Shown here piece after piece: positions 6,720 to 16,490 of a stretch of 25,980 nt of DNA (the first letter of the stretch is position 1; the number at the start of each line of letters is the position of its first letter). A program made the translations under genes and the position numbers. Under the pieces are notes generated by a model that saw nothing but the letters and a program-made list of their open reading frames with translations, was not told the DNA's origin and ran no database searches. The stretch is from a virus (Duplodnaviria; Caudoviricetes): IMG/VR virus record IMGVR_UViG_3300050154_000099, positions 1-25,980 of that record; one strand, given 5' to 3'.

Positions 6720-6881
6720 ATGGAATTGTTTCTCGCCATCTTGCTAAAACCGTTCGTCGCGTTGGTCTTCTTGACCGCTGCGCTGTTGATCGCCGGGCTG
6801 ATTCACAAGTACATGCCCGACAGCAAACTCAAGCGTATTTTGTTCTCACCGCTCCCCGGACACAAGCGCCGCTGGGGCTGA
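6720..6881 (+). CDS. Small membrane protein (53 aa), antisense to the virion operon; superinfection-exclusion candidate
   Basis: GAGGGA RBS; MELFLAILLKPFVALVFLTAALLIAGLIHKYMPDSKLKRILFSPLPGHKRRWG; not in the ORF track. Confidence 0.75.
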   Translation: MELFLAILLKPFVALVFLTAALLIAGLIHKYMPDSKLKRILFSPLPGHKRRWG

Positions 6882-8654
6882 TTGTTGCCCTGCTTGCTGA
6901 AGGTATGGCAACAGGCGCTGCAAAGCGTTGCCAAGTTGCTTCTTCTCCGCTGCGGTCAATGCTTCTTTGGCTGCTGACGGGTTCAGCATAATCTCGGCCA
7001 ACTTGTTCTGAATGCGCGGCTCTGCGGCCTTCATTCCGAATTGGACAGGGCGCAGCAACGACTCCAACATGGTCGATTCCGCCCACGACTGAGGCAAGCC
7101 CGTGGGGCCAAGGATCTGACGCATCAGGTTCTGAGAGGCCAAGGACTTTGCAGTCTGTGAGCCCGGCCCGTTCGCAGCATTCGCAAGGTTTGCCGCCAAC
7201 TCAAGCTCATTCCTGACCGCATTCAACTTGCCCACGTTCTCAGGCGTGACCACATCACCCAAGGCGTTGACACCCTTGAAGCCGGTTGCCCCACGGACAA
7301 GCGCTTGCTCATCGTTCAGGGCGCGGCTGAATGCGTTGGCCTGCAACTTCTGGTTGCCGCCAAGGTCACGAATCGCCGCCGTTGTCTTGTCGAGCAAGCG
7401 CTGGCCCACGTCCATTTCATTGATGGGCTTGGAGAGGTTCGCGTAAGACTGGCGAGCCGTTTTGAAATCAGGGTTGGCCTTTTCCATCCAACCGAGCAAC
7501 TGACCGCGCAGGTTCTTAACCGCATCACCGGCCTTGCCTGCAAACCCTGAAGCGGGATCGGACAACATCTCGTCCATCGCCATCTTGAGGTCTTGAAGGC
7601 CCTGCCCGCTGATCTGCTTTGTTGCATTTGTCTGGATGCCCACACCGCTGAATGCGTTGGATGGGTTCACATCAAAGGCGAACTTTCGGCCTTGGTTCTC
7701 TGCCAGCGTCTGCGCCCGCTGCATGGCCTGGCGCACGGCTGGGCGTTGCAGCAGCCCGGACAATTCATCATCAACCGTGTAAGACGCGCTGGTAGCAGTC
7801 TTGTACATCTGCCCGGCTGCATCCTCACGCGCAGCGACAGCCGCAGCACGCTTACCCTGATCGCCAGCGACACCAGACACCACGCCCACCCGGGCTGCGT
7901 TGTTGTCAGCCGCACGCTGAGCCAACGCCGCCGCAATCTTCGGGTCTTGCTGCGCCAAGGAGCGCTCAAGCGTGGCAATGCCGCGATCCTTTGTCGCCTC
8001 TGCAAGCGTGGGGCGTGCGCCTGTTGCTGTTGCTGCTGACGATGCCTGACGCATGGCGTTGGGGTCTTCGGAGAATCGCTCAAGTACCCGGCCTGCGATG
8101 CGCGACTGCCCAGCATCCGTGAACGGCTCAATAAGCCCCTTTAGGCCCTGATAGCCAGCACGCAGGGCGCGGCCAAGAACAACACCACCAGCACCGGCAC
8201 CCGCGCCAATCGCGGCATTCTTCAGCACAGACTCGCCGGTAGCCGTTGGCTCTGCAAGGCCTTGCACGCCGCCAATTGCAGCAGCCCCCGCCAAGGTATT
8301 GGCGCCGGGAATAAATGCGGCAGGAATGCCTAAAGCCACCTTGCCGACGACATTCCCGACAGACCCTGATGTGGTGGCCTTCAATGGAGCATCAAGGGCC
8401 TTCTTTTCGTCAATCGTCTCCTGATCGACGAGGCCGACACGCTGCCCGACACCGTAGGCAAGGTCAGTCATGCCCGAACCGATGCCCGCCAACACCTTCT
8501 GAGTCGCGCTCACGCCTTCGGTGGGGTCGATGGGCTTGGGGGGCTCCACCATCTTGGCCGCCCTGTATGCCTTCGCCACGACCTCAAAGTCTGGCGTGCC
8601 CTTTTTGTCGGCATTTTTGACGATCCATGCGGCGTATTCGTCTGCGGTTGCCAT
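6846..8654 (-). CDS. Ejection / DNA-transfer protein (P22 gp16 position)
   Basis: About 600 aa, Ala/Gly-rich and helical; third of three ejection-type genes. Confidence 0.75.
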   Translation of the reverse strand: MATADEYAAWIVKNADKKGTPDFEVVAKAYRAAKMVEPPKPIDPTEGVSATQKVLAGIGSGMTDLAYGVGQRVGLVDQETIDEKKALDAPLKATTSGSVGNVVGKVALGIPAAFIPGANTLAGAAAIGGVQGLAEPTATGESVLKNAAIGAGAGAGGVVLGRALRAGYQGLKGLIEPFTDAGQSRIAGRVLERFSEDPNAMRQASSAATATGARPTLAEATKDRGIATLERSLAQQDPKIAAALAQRAADNNAARVGVVSGVAGDQGKRAAAVAAREDAAGQMYKTATSASYTVDDELSGLLQRPAVRQAMQRAQTLAENQGRKFAFDVNPSNAFSGVGIQTNATKQISGQGLQDLKMAMDEMLSDPASGFAGKAGDAVKNLRGQLLGWMEKANPDFKTARQSYANLSKPINEMDVGQRLLDKTTAAIRDLGGNQKLQANAFSRALNDEQALVRGATGFKGVNALGDVVTPENVGKLNAVRNELELAANLANAANGPGSQTAKSLASQNLMRQILGPTGLPQSWAESTMLESLLRPVQFGMKAAEPRIQNKLAEIMLNPSAAKEALTAAEKKQLGNALQRLLPYLQQAGQQSAPAALVSGER

Positions 8655-10057
8655 CACTTGCCTTTCAGGATTTTGTCTGCCTGAGCGTGGATGTCAGGCG
8701 CTGCGCCGGGCGCATTCGCTGACGGACCTTGCGAGCCTGGCACCTTAGGGGTCTTGTAGCCTTGATCCTTGCTGTAGGTGTCAAGGTATGCCTGCTGCTC
8801 TTGCTCGTAGATTTGCTTGAACCTGACCAACTTCTTTCTGGCTGTCGCTGCATCGTCCGTAGCAAGAGGGATGAACGGCATCAGGCGGGGCGTTTCTGAT
8901 GCGGTAACCGCCGCACCGCTTCTGTCATGGAGGACAAGCGACCCGATGTCGGTGATCATTGCCCGCGTGTCAACGCCACTCGGATCGAATCTGTTCAAAA
9001 TTGACTGTGGCGCGTATCCCTTCCAGCCTGTAGCCGATTTGTCACCGCTCAGCGCCCCTACCGTCTTGCCGTCAAGCAGGTCAATCGCTTGCGTAACCTT
9101 GCTGATGCCTTGTGCGTTGCTCATGATCGCCGAGCTAGCTTGCGTTGGAAGGTCTTTTAGCTTGGGGGCAAGCGGCGTCCCGTCAGGGGCCAGCACAGGA
9201 GATGCGCGGCCTGTTCGAGGGTCAACAAGCATTGTTCCTTGATCGCTCTGCACAATCTGACCCTTGGGCTGGTCTCGATCAAACTGGAGGCGCTCACGCG
9301 CACGAGAATCGACCATGTTCTGCCCGCGCATCTGCACAGCATTGCTCGCCGCAGTGTCAGGGCTCACGCCAATCTGATTGGAGGCCACTTGCTGCTTGTA
9401 AGTTGGGCTGTCCGGATTGGTGTCAACCATCACCACCCGATCACCAAGGCGAACCTCTGTCGGCTTAGGCGCAGTGGCAGACATGCGGTCTTTGGCGTCC
9501 ATGATGTTTAACACCATGGTGCGCTTCCATTTGCTGAACTGCGCCGGGTCTTGCATTGCTGGTTGTAGAGTGGCGAGGACGCTCTGATACTTCTGCTCAT
9601 CCAGATCCCCCGCCTTGCGGTGGGCCTCAAGGCTCTGCAAAGCGTCATTAGGGCTTGACAAGCTGGCAATGTCGCTGATTGCTTGAGCAGCGTGCTTCAT
9701 CTTCAACTCAAACGAGTTTTTGTCAGCCACCGAGCCCCGCTCACGCGCTTGAGCTTGAGCGTTCTCATTTTCAATCCGCGACTTTTGCGCTGACATGCCG
9801 TCTTGCATCAGCAGCGGATTCGACAGCATGGCCTTTTCACGCGCCATGGGGTCTGTCATGCCGGGGTCAGACATGAGCTTTTGCAGCGCGTTTTGCTTGG
9901 CGACCGCCTGTTGATTCGTGAGCGAGTCAAGCGCGTTTTTGTTCCGCAGCGCCACAAGCGAAAGCTGATTCGACTCGCGCTTGTCCATCTCGTCCGAGTA
10001 GTCGGCCATGGATTTGACCGGCTGCAAATACTGCTGAAAGAGGTTTGCTGATGCCAT
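8654..10057 (-). CDS. Ejection / DNA-transfer protein (P22 gp20 position)
   Basis: 467 aa, Gln/Ala-rich, with the SGAAVTASE motif common in such proteins; synteny. Confidence 0.75.
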   Translation of the reverse strand: MASANLFQQYLQPVKSMADYSDEMDKRESNQLSLVALRNKNALDSLTNQQAVAKQNALQKLMSDPGMTDPMAREKAMLSNPLLMQDGMSAQKSRIENENAQAQARERGSVADKNSFELKMKHAAQAISDIASLSSPNDALQSLEAHRKAGDLDEQKYQSVLATLQPAMQDPAQFSKWKRTMVLNIMDAKDRMSATAPKPTEVRLGDRVVMVDTNPDSPTYKQQVASNQIGVSPDTAASNAVQMRGQNMVDSRARERLQFDRDQPKGQIVQSDQGTMLVDPRTGRASPVLAPDGTPLAPKLKDLPTQASSAIMSNAQGISKVTQAIDLLDGKTVGALSGDKSATGWKGYAPQSILNRFDPSGVDTRAMITDIGSLVLHDRSGAAVTASETPRLMPFIPLATDDAATARKKLVRFKQIYEQEQQAYLDTYSKDQGYKTPKVPGSQGPSANAPGAAPDIHAQADKILKGK

Positions 10058-10066
10058 GTCGATTCC

Positions 10067-10753
10067 TTATGCGTAGCCCATTCGAGAGTAAGCATCGGTC
10101 GGGATGCCCGCGCTGGATCCGGAAGAAACCGAAGGGGTGTTCACCCACTTCTGAGCGACCGCACCGATCTGGTTTGCAGCGTTGCCCCAGATATTGCCTT
10201 GAGCCAGTCGGCTCGCTGCTGTGGCATCACCTTGGCTGGTGATCATGTTGCTGATCGCGCCAGAGGCTTGCCCGCCAGCCGCTGCGCTGCTACCCGTCGC
10301 GCTCTGACCAATGCCAGCAAGCGCAGCAAGGCGGTTCAGGCGATCTTGGCGGCGTTGATACGCTGCGTTGTAGCCTGTGGTGGCGTAGTTGGTTGCGTAC
10401 TCGCTGGCAGACTTCAGAGCCGCACCAGACACGCGCCCACCAGCCGCCGCCGCCTTGCGATCAAGACCCAATTGACCCTGAGACATGCCGAACTGATAGC
10501 CGGGGTCGGACATCACATCCGAAGACGTGACAGGCTGATTCATCTCGGTGCGCAATTGGCCTAGAGCGTTTGTCCCGGCCTCTCGATAAGGGGCAAAGTC
10601 CGAGCGCGTCAGGTCAAATTGTCGGCGCTGCTCATCAATGCCCGCCTGCGTCGATGCGGCCTGTGTGTCCGCAGCATCGCTGGCGGAATTCGACTGCATC
10701 ACGCCGCCAATAAGCGATGAGCCGACAACGGCCCCAGCTACCCAAAACGTCAT
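10067..10753 (-). CDS. Ejection / DNA-transfer protein, P22 gp7-like
   Basis: Hydrophobic N-terminus, EQRRQFD...APY..AG..AL, DPGYQF and AAAGG..SGA.LK motifs. Confidence 0.85.
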   Translation of the reverse strand: MTFWVAGAVVGSSLIGGVMQSNSASDAADTQAASTQAGIDEQRRQFDLTRSDFAPYREAGTNALGQLRTEMNQPVTSSDVMSDPGYQFGMSQGQLGLDRKAAAAGGRVSGAALKSASEYATNYATTGYNAAYQRRQDRLNRLAALAGIGQSATGSSAAAGGQASGAISNMITSQGDATAASRLAQGNIWGNAANQIGAVAQKWVNTPSVSSGSSAGIPTDAYSRMGYA

Positions 10754-11199
10754 GACAACACCTCCAAAGATTCGTGCTTGAGGAATCCGGGCTTCACCTT
10801 GTTCCAGGCGCCATATGCGCTGTCTTGGTCTTCCTCGACAAGCTCAGCCTCTGCGTCTTCCACGGTCTGCACATCAGTGGCATGAAAGGTCCTGCACAGA
10901 ACATCTGTCAAGGCCAGAACCGCCCGCTGTGTGCCAGGCTCACACTGGATCAGCACCGGCCCAGCCTGAACAATGGCGGGCTTGCCGTCTTGGGTGATTT
11001 TCACTGTGCCGCTCACGATTTCGTAGAAGTGCGCCTTCTTGTGAACCTTGCCGATCACCAACACACCAGCAGGGCGCCACACTTCACGGCAGTAGATCCC
11101 GCCGTGAAAGATGTTCGTTGTCTGCGGCTCGTACTGAGGCAGCGCCAAGACTTCAGCCTTGAGGCGATCAATCGGCAGGGATGACAGAACCGCGCTCAC
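10750..11199 (-). CDS. Cupin-fold protein in the virion operon
   Basis: F.GGIY.RE...PAG.L.IGK.HK..H...VSG...PGTQRA..A.TD motif. Confidence 0.7.
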   Translation of the reverse strand: MSAVLSSLPIDRLKAEVLALPQYEPQTTNIFHGGIYCREVWRPAGVLVIGKVHKKAHFYEIVSGTVKITQDGKPAIVQAGPVLIQCEPGTQRAVLALTDVLCRTFHATDVQTVEDAEAELVEEDQDSAYGAWNKVKPGFLKHESLEVLS

Positions 11200-11537
11200 G
11201 AAAACAAGCTCCCCGAAATCATGTGAACCGTGATGGCGCTCGCCGTGCCGCTCAGCCCTTGCAAAGAAGCGCCAGCGGGCAGGATCGGCAAATCCACATC
11301 GAGGAAGTCATTGCCTGCGATGCTCTTGGCATTCACAAACACATTGCTGACACCCACAGATCCACCGTTTGGCACTGCGTACAGTGTCGCCGTGGCTGCT
11401 GTCGCTGTGTTGTTGGTCAGGCGCACCCGGCCACCGCGCAAAAGCGTGGTCGTTGGTGTCGTTGGCGTCGTATAGATCAGCCCAGCAGTCGCAGCCAGTT
11501 GCACCGGGGCGAAGAAAGATGAATAAGAGATGGTCAT
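11196..11537 (-). CDS. Small beta-rich virion protein (possible needle tip/knob)
   Basis: Thr/Ala/Gly-rich beta-sandwich pattern; lies after the hub and coiled-coil genes. Confidence 0.6.
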   Translation of the reverse strand: MTISYSSFFAPVQLAATAGLIYTTPTTPTTTLLRGGRVRLTNNTATAATATLYAVPNGGSVGVSNVFVNAKSIAGNDFLDVDLPILPAGASLQGLSGTASAITVHMISGSLFS

Positions 11538-11875
11538 GCGTAAGCCCTCATTGAGGCAATCTGTGATTCAAGCTCGTCAACCTTGCTGCGTAGCGTCTGA
11601 GCATCCGTTCGCGTCGATGCCAACTCATTACGAAGCTCATCAACCGCCCGGATGGCTTCTTGTGCTGCGAGGTCTTGAGGCAAACTCAGAAGCAGGCCCA
11701 TGACCTCATCCACATTCGACACAGTGCCGCCCGTGCCAGTGGTTCCGCCCGTGCGATCCAGCAAGCCAAGAAACGCACGCATCCACTGAGCATCAATCTC
11801 AACAGGCACGCGCTGACCGCTGACCATGGCGTAACCCAAGGGGATACGGGCTTGAGGTAGTGCAAGCGTGCTCAT
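11534..11875 (-). CDS. Tail needle/plug-like protein (P22 gp26 position)
   Basis: W.R.F..L..RTGG N-terminus plus C-terminal heptad coiled coil; follows the gp10-like gene. Confidence 0.6.
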   Translation of the reverse strand: MSTLALPQARIPLGYAMVSGQRVPVEIDAQWMRAFLGLLDRTGGTTGTGGTVSNVDEVMGLLLSLPQDLAAQEAIRAVDELRNELASTRTDAQTLRSKVDELESQIASMRAYA

Positions 11876-13251
11876 TTCGCGTCCACCGTGGCCGAATGAA
11901 TGGCAAAAGGCACATCGTCAGAGCAACGAATGCGGAACACGCGATTGAACGAAGCGCCAAGCCCAACCCAGCGAACCCGCTGCATGTAGCGCCCCACAGC
12001 ACCCAAGGCGCGAAGCAATGGAGGGCCGAAGGTAAAGCCGCCATCGTTGGAAATCTCAAGGCTGACCTGTCCCGAGCCGTCGCCTGTCTTGAGTAGCAAC
12101 TCCAAGCCTTGATAAGCGATGGGCTCGGCGTTTGGTTGCTTCATGTGGGGCCATGTGCGCTCACGCACCAAGGGGCGCCCGGCCAGGTTGTCGGTGGCGT
12201 CGTCCAGGCGAACCACCAAACCCAGAGAATCGCCAGCGTAATGCCCGCCCGCAAAGGCAGTCACAAGGCCAGAGCGAAGGGGTTGCCAGCCTTCCAGCCA
12301 TTCGCCACGCTCACACCACAACTGCGTGGCGGCGTCATAGACCCATGTGCATTCAACACCGGGGGCATTGATGGCGATGAACTCGTGACCTTCGATCTGA
12401 TACGTCCACATGGACGCCTTGGATAGGTCGGAGCTTTTCAGCAGCGATTGCTCAACCGCCGTGGTGCTCACGCGCTGAGGCTGGTTGCCCGAGGCCATGT
12501 AGATGATTCCGCCGCCGCGCTCAGACTGGCCCAACCAAAACAGCGTGTCGGCTGCTTTGATGGCGGCACGCTTGCCCATGCACCCAATGTCGATGGTGTA
12601 GGAGTTGTACCGCACGAAGGGGAAAGCCAGGTCCCCGCTGTCAATCCAGATTTCCGTGCTCAACTCGCCGAACACCCACAGTTGGCGGTGGCTCACGCGG
12701 TGCGTGACGATGTTGTCAGGGTTGGAATCTGCGCTCGAAAAATCAAGGGCGTCCAAGCTCGTTCCGTCATCAATGGCCGAGATGTAAAACTGGTCGGTGT
12801 CGGGGTCAACAAAGATGAAATAGCCATCCAGCTCGTGAACGTCATCAGAGCCGCGCCACCCAGCCGAAGTGATGGGGTTGAGCGTGTTGTTGTCCAGCTT
12901 GTAGATGTAGAGGTTGGGGCCATCCACAATCGCCACTTGGTTTGCATTGCAGGCCATGCCCACGAAACCCGTGGACGTTGACAGCGTGCCGCGCTCAACA
13001 TGCGAGCCGTTTGCATAGAACTCGTGCAACTTGTTGCCAGCAGCGACGAACCACCGCCCCTTAGCCACGAAGGAGCCGCGCACCTCTGCGCCAAGGTCAG
13101 CAATCAGCACCTCACCCGGCGTAGATGCGAGCATCCATGTGTCGCCCTCCAAGCGCTGCGGGTAGCAGTTCACCGAGCGCTGAACCGCCGCCTTGCGGTC
13201 TGCCAGGTAGTAGGAAGGCCCGGCAAAAGGGGCGAAGGGTGTGCCAGCCAT
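11872..13251 (-). CDS. Tail hub / packaged-DNA stabilization protein, P22 gp10-like
   Basis: 459 aa; LDGYFIF, AD.NPD.IV, YQIEGHEF, WVYDAATQLW.ER and SNDGG.TFG motifs. Confidence 0.9.
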   Translation of the reverse strand: MAGTPFAPFAGPSYYLADRKAAVQRSVNCYPQRLEGDTWMLASTPGEVLIADLGAEVRGSFVAKGRWFVAAGNKLHEFYANGSHVERGTLSTSTGFVGMACNANQVAIVDGPNLYIYKLDNNTLNPITSAGWRGSDDVHELDGYFIFVDPDTDQFYISAIDDGTSLDALDFSSADSNPDNIVTHRVSHRQLWVFGELSTEIWIDSGDLAFPFVRYNSYTIDIGCMGKRAAIKAADTLFWLGQSERGGGIIYMASGNQPQRVSTTAVEQSLLKSSDLSKASMWTYQIEGHEFIAINAPGVECTWVYDAATQLWCERGEWLEGWQPLRSGLVTAFAGGHYAGDSLGLVVRLDDATDNLAGRPLVRERTWPHMKQPNAEPIAYQGLELLLKTGDGSGQVSLEISNDGGFTFGPPLLRALGAVGRYMQRVRWVGLGASFNRVFRIRCSDDVPFAIHSATVDAK

Positions 13252-13898
13252 CAGAACAACCGGCGAGGGTAAACACCTCGCGTCCTGTTGTAGCCGTCAG
13301 CATCAAGAATGGCAGGCTCGTAGCGACTCACCGCGCCCATTGCAGCCCTCTCAGCACGAAGCAAGGTGGGCGGCACTTGCCCCAAGATGTTTGGCGCGAT
13401 ACGCACAGCCAAAGCAGCCCCCAAGGCATTGGCCCAGCCATCAGGCAAGGTGTAATCCGTGGTCTGATCCGCGAACTGTGAAACCGTGTTGCGGGTCTGT
13501 AGCGTGATGGTCAGGCCAGCAGGCGCAGGCCACAGGTAAACCGTGGCGTTTCCATCGTGAGCGTACACAGTAGGTACACCAGACACGCTAGGACGATGGC
13601 GCTCGTTGTACTGCTGAATCGTGATCGGGTCGATGGGCAGGTTTTGGCATGCCGCGCTCACGATCTGGTCGCCGGGATTGATAGAGGCCCAATCACCAGC
13701 CCCTAACGTGATGTGGCCTGTCTGCACAGCAGCCGTGAGGGTGTTCTTGTACAAGTAGAGGTTTTGAGCGCTCAACTCATCAATCAGCATCGTCAGGCGA
13801 CGAAAGCCAAACGCCGCATCATCTGCGACCAGGACTTCGCCAGGGCTCAGACGGTTACAGCGCTCGTAAGCGTCGGTGATGATGTCAAGCGCTCGCAT
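13251..13898 (-). CDS. Head-tail adaptor, P22 gp4-like
   Basis: DII..A...L..GE...DD...G...L..LID and LAVRIAP motifs; synteny. Confidence 0.8.
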   Translation of the reverse strand: MRALDIITDAYERCNRLSPGEVLVADDAAFGFRRLTMLIDELSAQNLYLYKNTLTAAVQTGHITLGAGDWASINPGDQIVSAACQNLPIDPITIQQYNERHRPSVSGVPTVYAHDGNATVYLWPAPAGLTITLQTRNTVSQFADQTTDYTLPDGWANALGAALAVRIAPNILGQVPPTLLRAERAAMGAVSRYEPAILDADGYNRTRGVYPRRLF

Positions 13899-13900
13899 GC

Positions 13901-14134
13901 TCAAGCCTTGGGCAGCAGTTCGATCAGCTTGGACAGGCCCAAGCGCTTGTCGTACTCGATGCCAGCAGCATCAAGAGCGGCCTTGACGGATTCCAGGGTT
14001 GGCGCTTCAGCGCTTTCAGCCTTGACGAAGGCGGGGCCGTAGCCTGCTTCAGTCAGAGAGATGTGTTCGGCCTCGTCATTGGCGCAAGCAAAGCCAACCA
14101 ATGGGGCGGGGAGTAGCATGCTCAGGGGGTACAT
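13901..14134 (-). CDS. Small protein with C-terminal HeH/LEM-like motif (77 aa)
   Basis: TLESVKAALDAAGIEYDKRLGLSKLIELL; AAGGAG RBS. Confidence 0.75.
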   Translation of the reverse strand: MYPLSMLLPAPLVGFACANDEAEHISLTEAGYGPAFVKAESAEAPTLESVKAALDAAGIEYDKRLGLSKLIELLPKA

Positions 14135-14156
14135 AAATGCTCCTTGGGTTCGACAA

Positions 14157-14180
14157 GCGGGCCAGCCGAAACCGGCCCGC
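14157..14180 (-). terminator. Hairpin/terminator after the coat gene
   Basis: GCGGGCCGGT-TTCG-GCTGGCCCGC with only a short U tract. Confidence 0.6.
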
Positions 14181-14191
14181 GATCACATGGA

Positions 14192-15466
14192 TCAGTTGGT
14201 GCGACGCACGCCGAAGTTCGGCAAGGTCACAGCGCCACCCCACAGGATGTCGAAGCGGCTGATGAACTGGTTGGCCTTGATGTCGAAGCCGCGCACGAAG
14301 CGCAGAGACACACCGCCCTCGTCAGCCATCGAGGCTTGGTAGGCCATGTCCATGCCGCCGGGCAACTCTTGCTTGGGCGACACGAACGTGAAGGCGTCCT
14401 TGTGCCAGATGATGTTGTTGGTGTACGTGGTACTGGCTGCGCCAGAGGTCACGGTGATGGCTGCGTTGTCAGCAGGGCGTGCGCTCACGTTCTGATAAGC
14501 ACCACCAGCGATGATGGCGGGGCTGATCGTGATGGTGGCGTTGCCCGAAGCGTCAGACGCGGTGTTGGCAGTAACCAGGAACGATTGCAGGACACCAGTG
14601 CTGGCCTTGGTTTCGGGGTTGACCGAGAACACGTTGGCAATGGTGAACGTGTCGCCTTGGTTCAGGCGGTTCGCTGCGGCAGCAGTCCAACCATCGGTGA
14701 CGAGGCTGGTGGTTGCGGCGTAGGGGTTGTCAGTGGCGCCGGAGTTGGTCAAACCTTGGTTTGCACCGTTGACCAGAGGCGTACCACCCAAAGCGCCGAC
14801 CGTGTGGCTCGGCACGTTCTGGCTCATGGCCAGATCCATGCCAGCGCCGGTCTTGATGATGCCGGTCTTGTACTGCTCAGCCAGAACCGATTGGTTGTTG
14901 AACAGACCAGACAGGCCAGCAACGATGGCGGCATTGGCGCCGGGCTCGATGGCGGCCATGCGCTGACCGTCACGAGGCACCGACATGCGATCCAGGGGAA
15001 CACCAGCGTTCAGCAGATCGGCGAAGGTGGCGGGAGCCGTGCCGGGAGTGCCGACCATCTGGTGAAAGCCGTTCTTCATCTTGGTGGCGATGCGGTAGTC
15101 CAGCAGAGCGGCCAGCTTCAAGCCTGCGGGCTTGAGGTAGCGCTCTTGGAATGCCTTGTCAACCGAGCCGTTGGAGCCGACCGAGGTGGTCAACTCAGTG
15201 GAGCCGACCTGAAAGTCCAGGCCCAGCAATGGCTCAAGGGTCACATCAACCGAGCGTTCGGTGATGTCTTGGGGGCTTGCGGTTTCACCATCGCGGTGGG
15301 TGAACTGCACGGGGCCGCGAGCCTTGACAGAGTTGCCGGGCTTGACTGCGCCAGTCCAGGCGGAGTCATAGTCCGTATTCACATTGCCCAAGAAGGCGGA
15401 TGCGTTGTGCGCGATGCGCAGAACCTCGTTCGTGATCACGGTCGAGGTGATGAGTGCGTTTGCCAT
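14192..15466 (-). CDS. Major capsid (coat) protein, P22 gp5 family
   Basis: 424 aa; MAN.L.T...IT.E.L start, GDTFTIANVF insertion-domain motif, HKDAF, RFDILWG; follows the scaffold. Confidence 0.95.
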   Translation of the reverse strand: MANALITSTVITNEVLRIAHNASAFLGNVNTDYDSAWTGAVKPGNSVKARGPVQFTHRDGETASPQDITERSVDVTLEPLLGLDFQVGSTELTTSVGSNGSVDKAFQERYLKPAGLKLAALLDYRIATKMKNGFHQMVGTPGTAPATFADLLNAGVPLDRMSVPRDGQRMAAIEPGANAAIVAGLSGLFNNQSVLAEQYKTGIIKTGAGMDLAMSQNVPSHTVGALGGTPLVNGANQGLTNSGATDNPYAATTSLVTDGWTAAAANRLNQGDTFTIANVFSVNPETKASTGVLQSFLVTANTASDASGNATITISPAIIAGGAYQNVSARPADNAAITVTSGAASTTYTNNIIWHKDAFTFVSPKQELPGGMDMAYQASMADEGGVSLRFVRGFDIKANQFISRFDILWGGAVTLPNFGVRRTN

Positions 15467-15477
15467 TTCGATTCCTT

Positions 15478-15495
15478 CGGCGCCATCTCGGCGTT
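15478..15495 (-). promoter_or_regulatory. Conserved late-gene leader hairpin, coat copy
   Basis: AACGCCGAGATGGCGCCG, 11 nt before ATG 15466. Confidence 0.7.
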
Positions 15496-15517
15496 AGAAG
15501 TTGATGAATTGTGAGCC

Positions 15518-16360
15518 TTAGCGGCTCTTGCGTTCCTGCTCGTTGCGCCAGGCAATCCATGCCTTTGTGTTTGATGGATCGGGCGCAGCGCTTGCCCCAC
15601 CCCGCGCCTTTACGGCTTCAAGAGGTGGTGGCACTTTGGAGGGTTGCGGCTTGTCCTTGGCCTTGGCGGTCTTGAGCTTGTCCTCAAGGCGGGCAATTGC
15701 TTTGCCTGCTTGAATGGGGCTCAGACGCGCAATGCGTTCGGCTTCGTCGCTGTTGTCGGGGTCTGCAAGAAACTCGATGACCTTTGCTGGATCATCTGCC
15801 TCAAAGACAGCTTCAATGGCCGGTTTGGGGTGGCCGCGACTGTCAGTGAGCCCGCCGAAAGCATCGTCCAGATCGGACGAAAGCTCATCAAAGCGTTCTT
15901 GGCCCCAGGTCTTTGCGAGCGACTGAATCACACCCTGCCTGCGCTCGACCTCGGTGGCTTGATCCTTCAGTGTCGGTGCGAGCTTTTGGGCTTCGGCGTT
16001 GACCATCTGTTGAATCTGCGCACGGGTCAGCGTGAGGGGTTCGCTGTCGTCTTGCGATGCTTGATTGTCCCCTGTGGGGGCTCGTTTCGTCAAGGCTTCA
16101 AGCTGTTGCCGCATCTGTGCGGCTTCGGCTTTGGCCTCGGCGAGTTGGCGCGTGCGTCGATCAATGCCGCGCTGCATGCGGGCACGTTCGCGCTCCTCTG
16201 GCGTCTTCTCGGGCTTCTTCTCGCCCTCGCCTTCAGTTGCTTGTTCGGTCTGCTCGCCGGGCTCTTGCTGGGTGTCAGTTGCGAGCAGTTCGGCGGGTTG
16301 CTGAACGCTCGCCTCTGGAGCCGATGGGCTCGCTACTGGCGATGCGGTTTCTTCTGTCAT
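15518..16360 (-). CDS. Scaffolding protein
   Basis: Acidic disordered N-terminus, coiled coil, L...P.EA.RIA.LSP.Q....I.RLE and C-terminal WIAWR; immediately upstream of the coat. Confidence 0.88.
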   Translation of the reverse strand: MTEETASPVASPSAPEASVQQPAELLATDTQQEPGEQTEQATEGEGEKKPEKTPEERERARMQRGIDRRTRQLAEAKAEAAQMRQQLEALTKRAPTGDNQASQDDSEPLTLTRAQIQQMVNAEAQKLAPTLKDQATEVERRQGVIQSLAKTWGQERFDELSSDLDDAFGGLTDSRGHPKPAIEAVFEADDPAKVIEFLADPDNSDEAERIARLSPIQAGKAIARLEDKLKTAKAKDKPQPSKVPPPLEAVKARGGASAAPDPSNTKAWIAWRNEQERKSR

Positions 16361-16436
16361 CGTTACCTCTCGGTAGTGGATGGGTTGGGGGAAGGGTCAG
16401 ACCCACAGGGCCAGGGTGAGGGGGCGGGTCATGGTC

Positions 16437-16465
16437 TTGCTGGCGTCACTGCGCCCGCGTATGAT
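16437..16465 (+). promoter_or_regulatory. sigma70-type promoter of the inserted cassette
   Basis: TTGCTG (16437-16442), 17 bp, TATGAT (16460-16465). Confidence 0.65.
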
Positions 16466-16490
16466 TTGCCTGAACAAACAAGGAGCCCCG

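Noticed and set aside
14144-15514. 456-aa + strand ORF opposite the coat gene
   Set aside because: Shadow ORF expected from GC-rich codon bias on the antisense strand.
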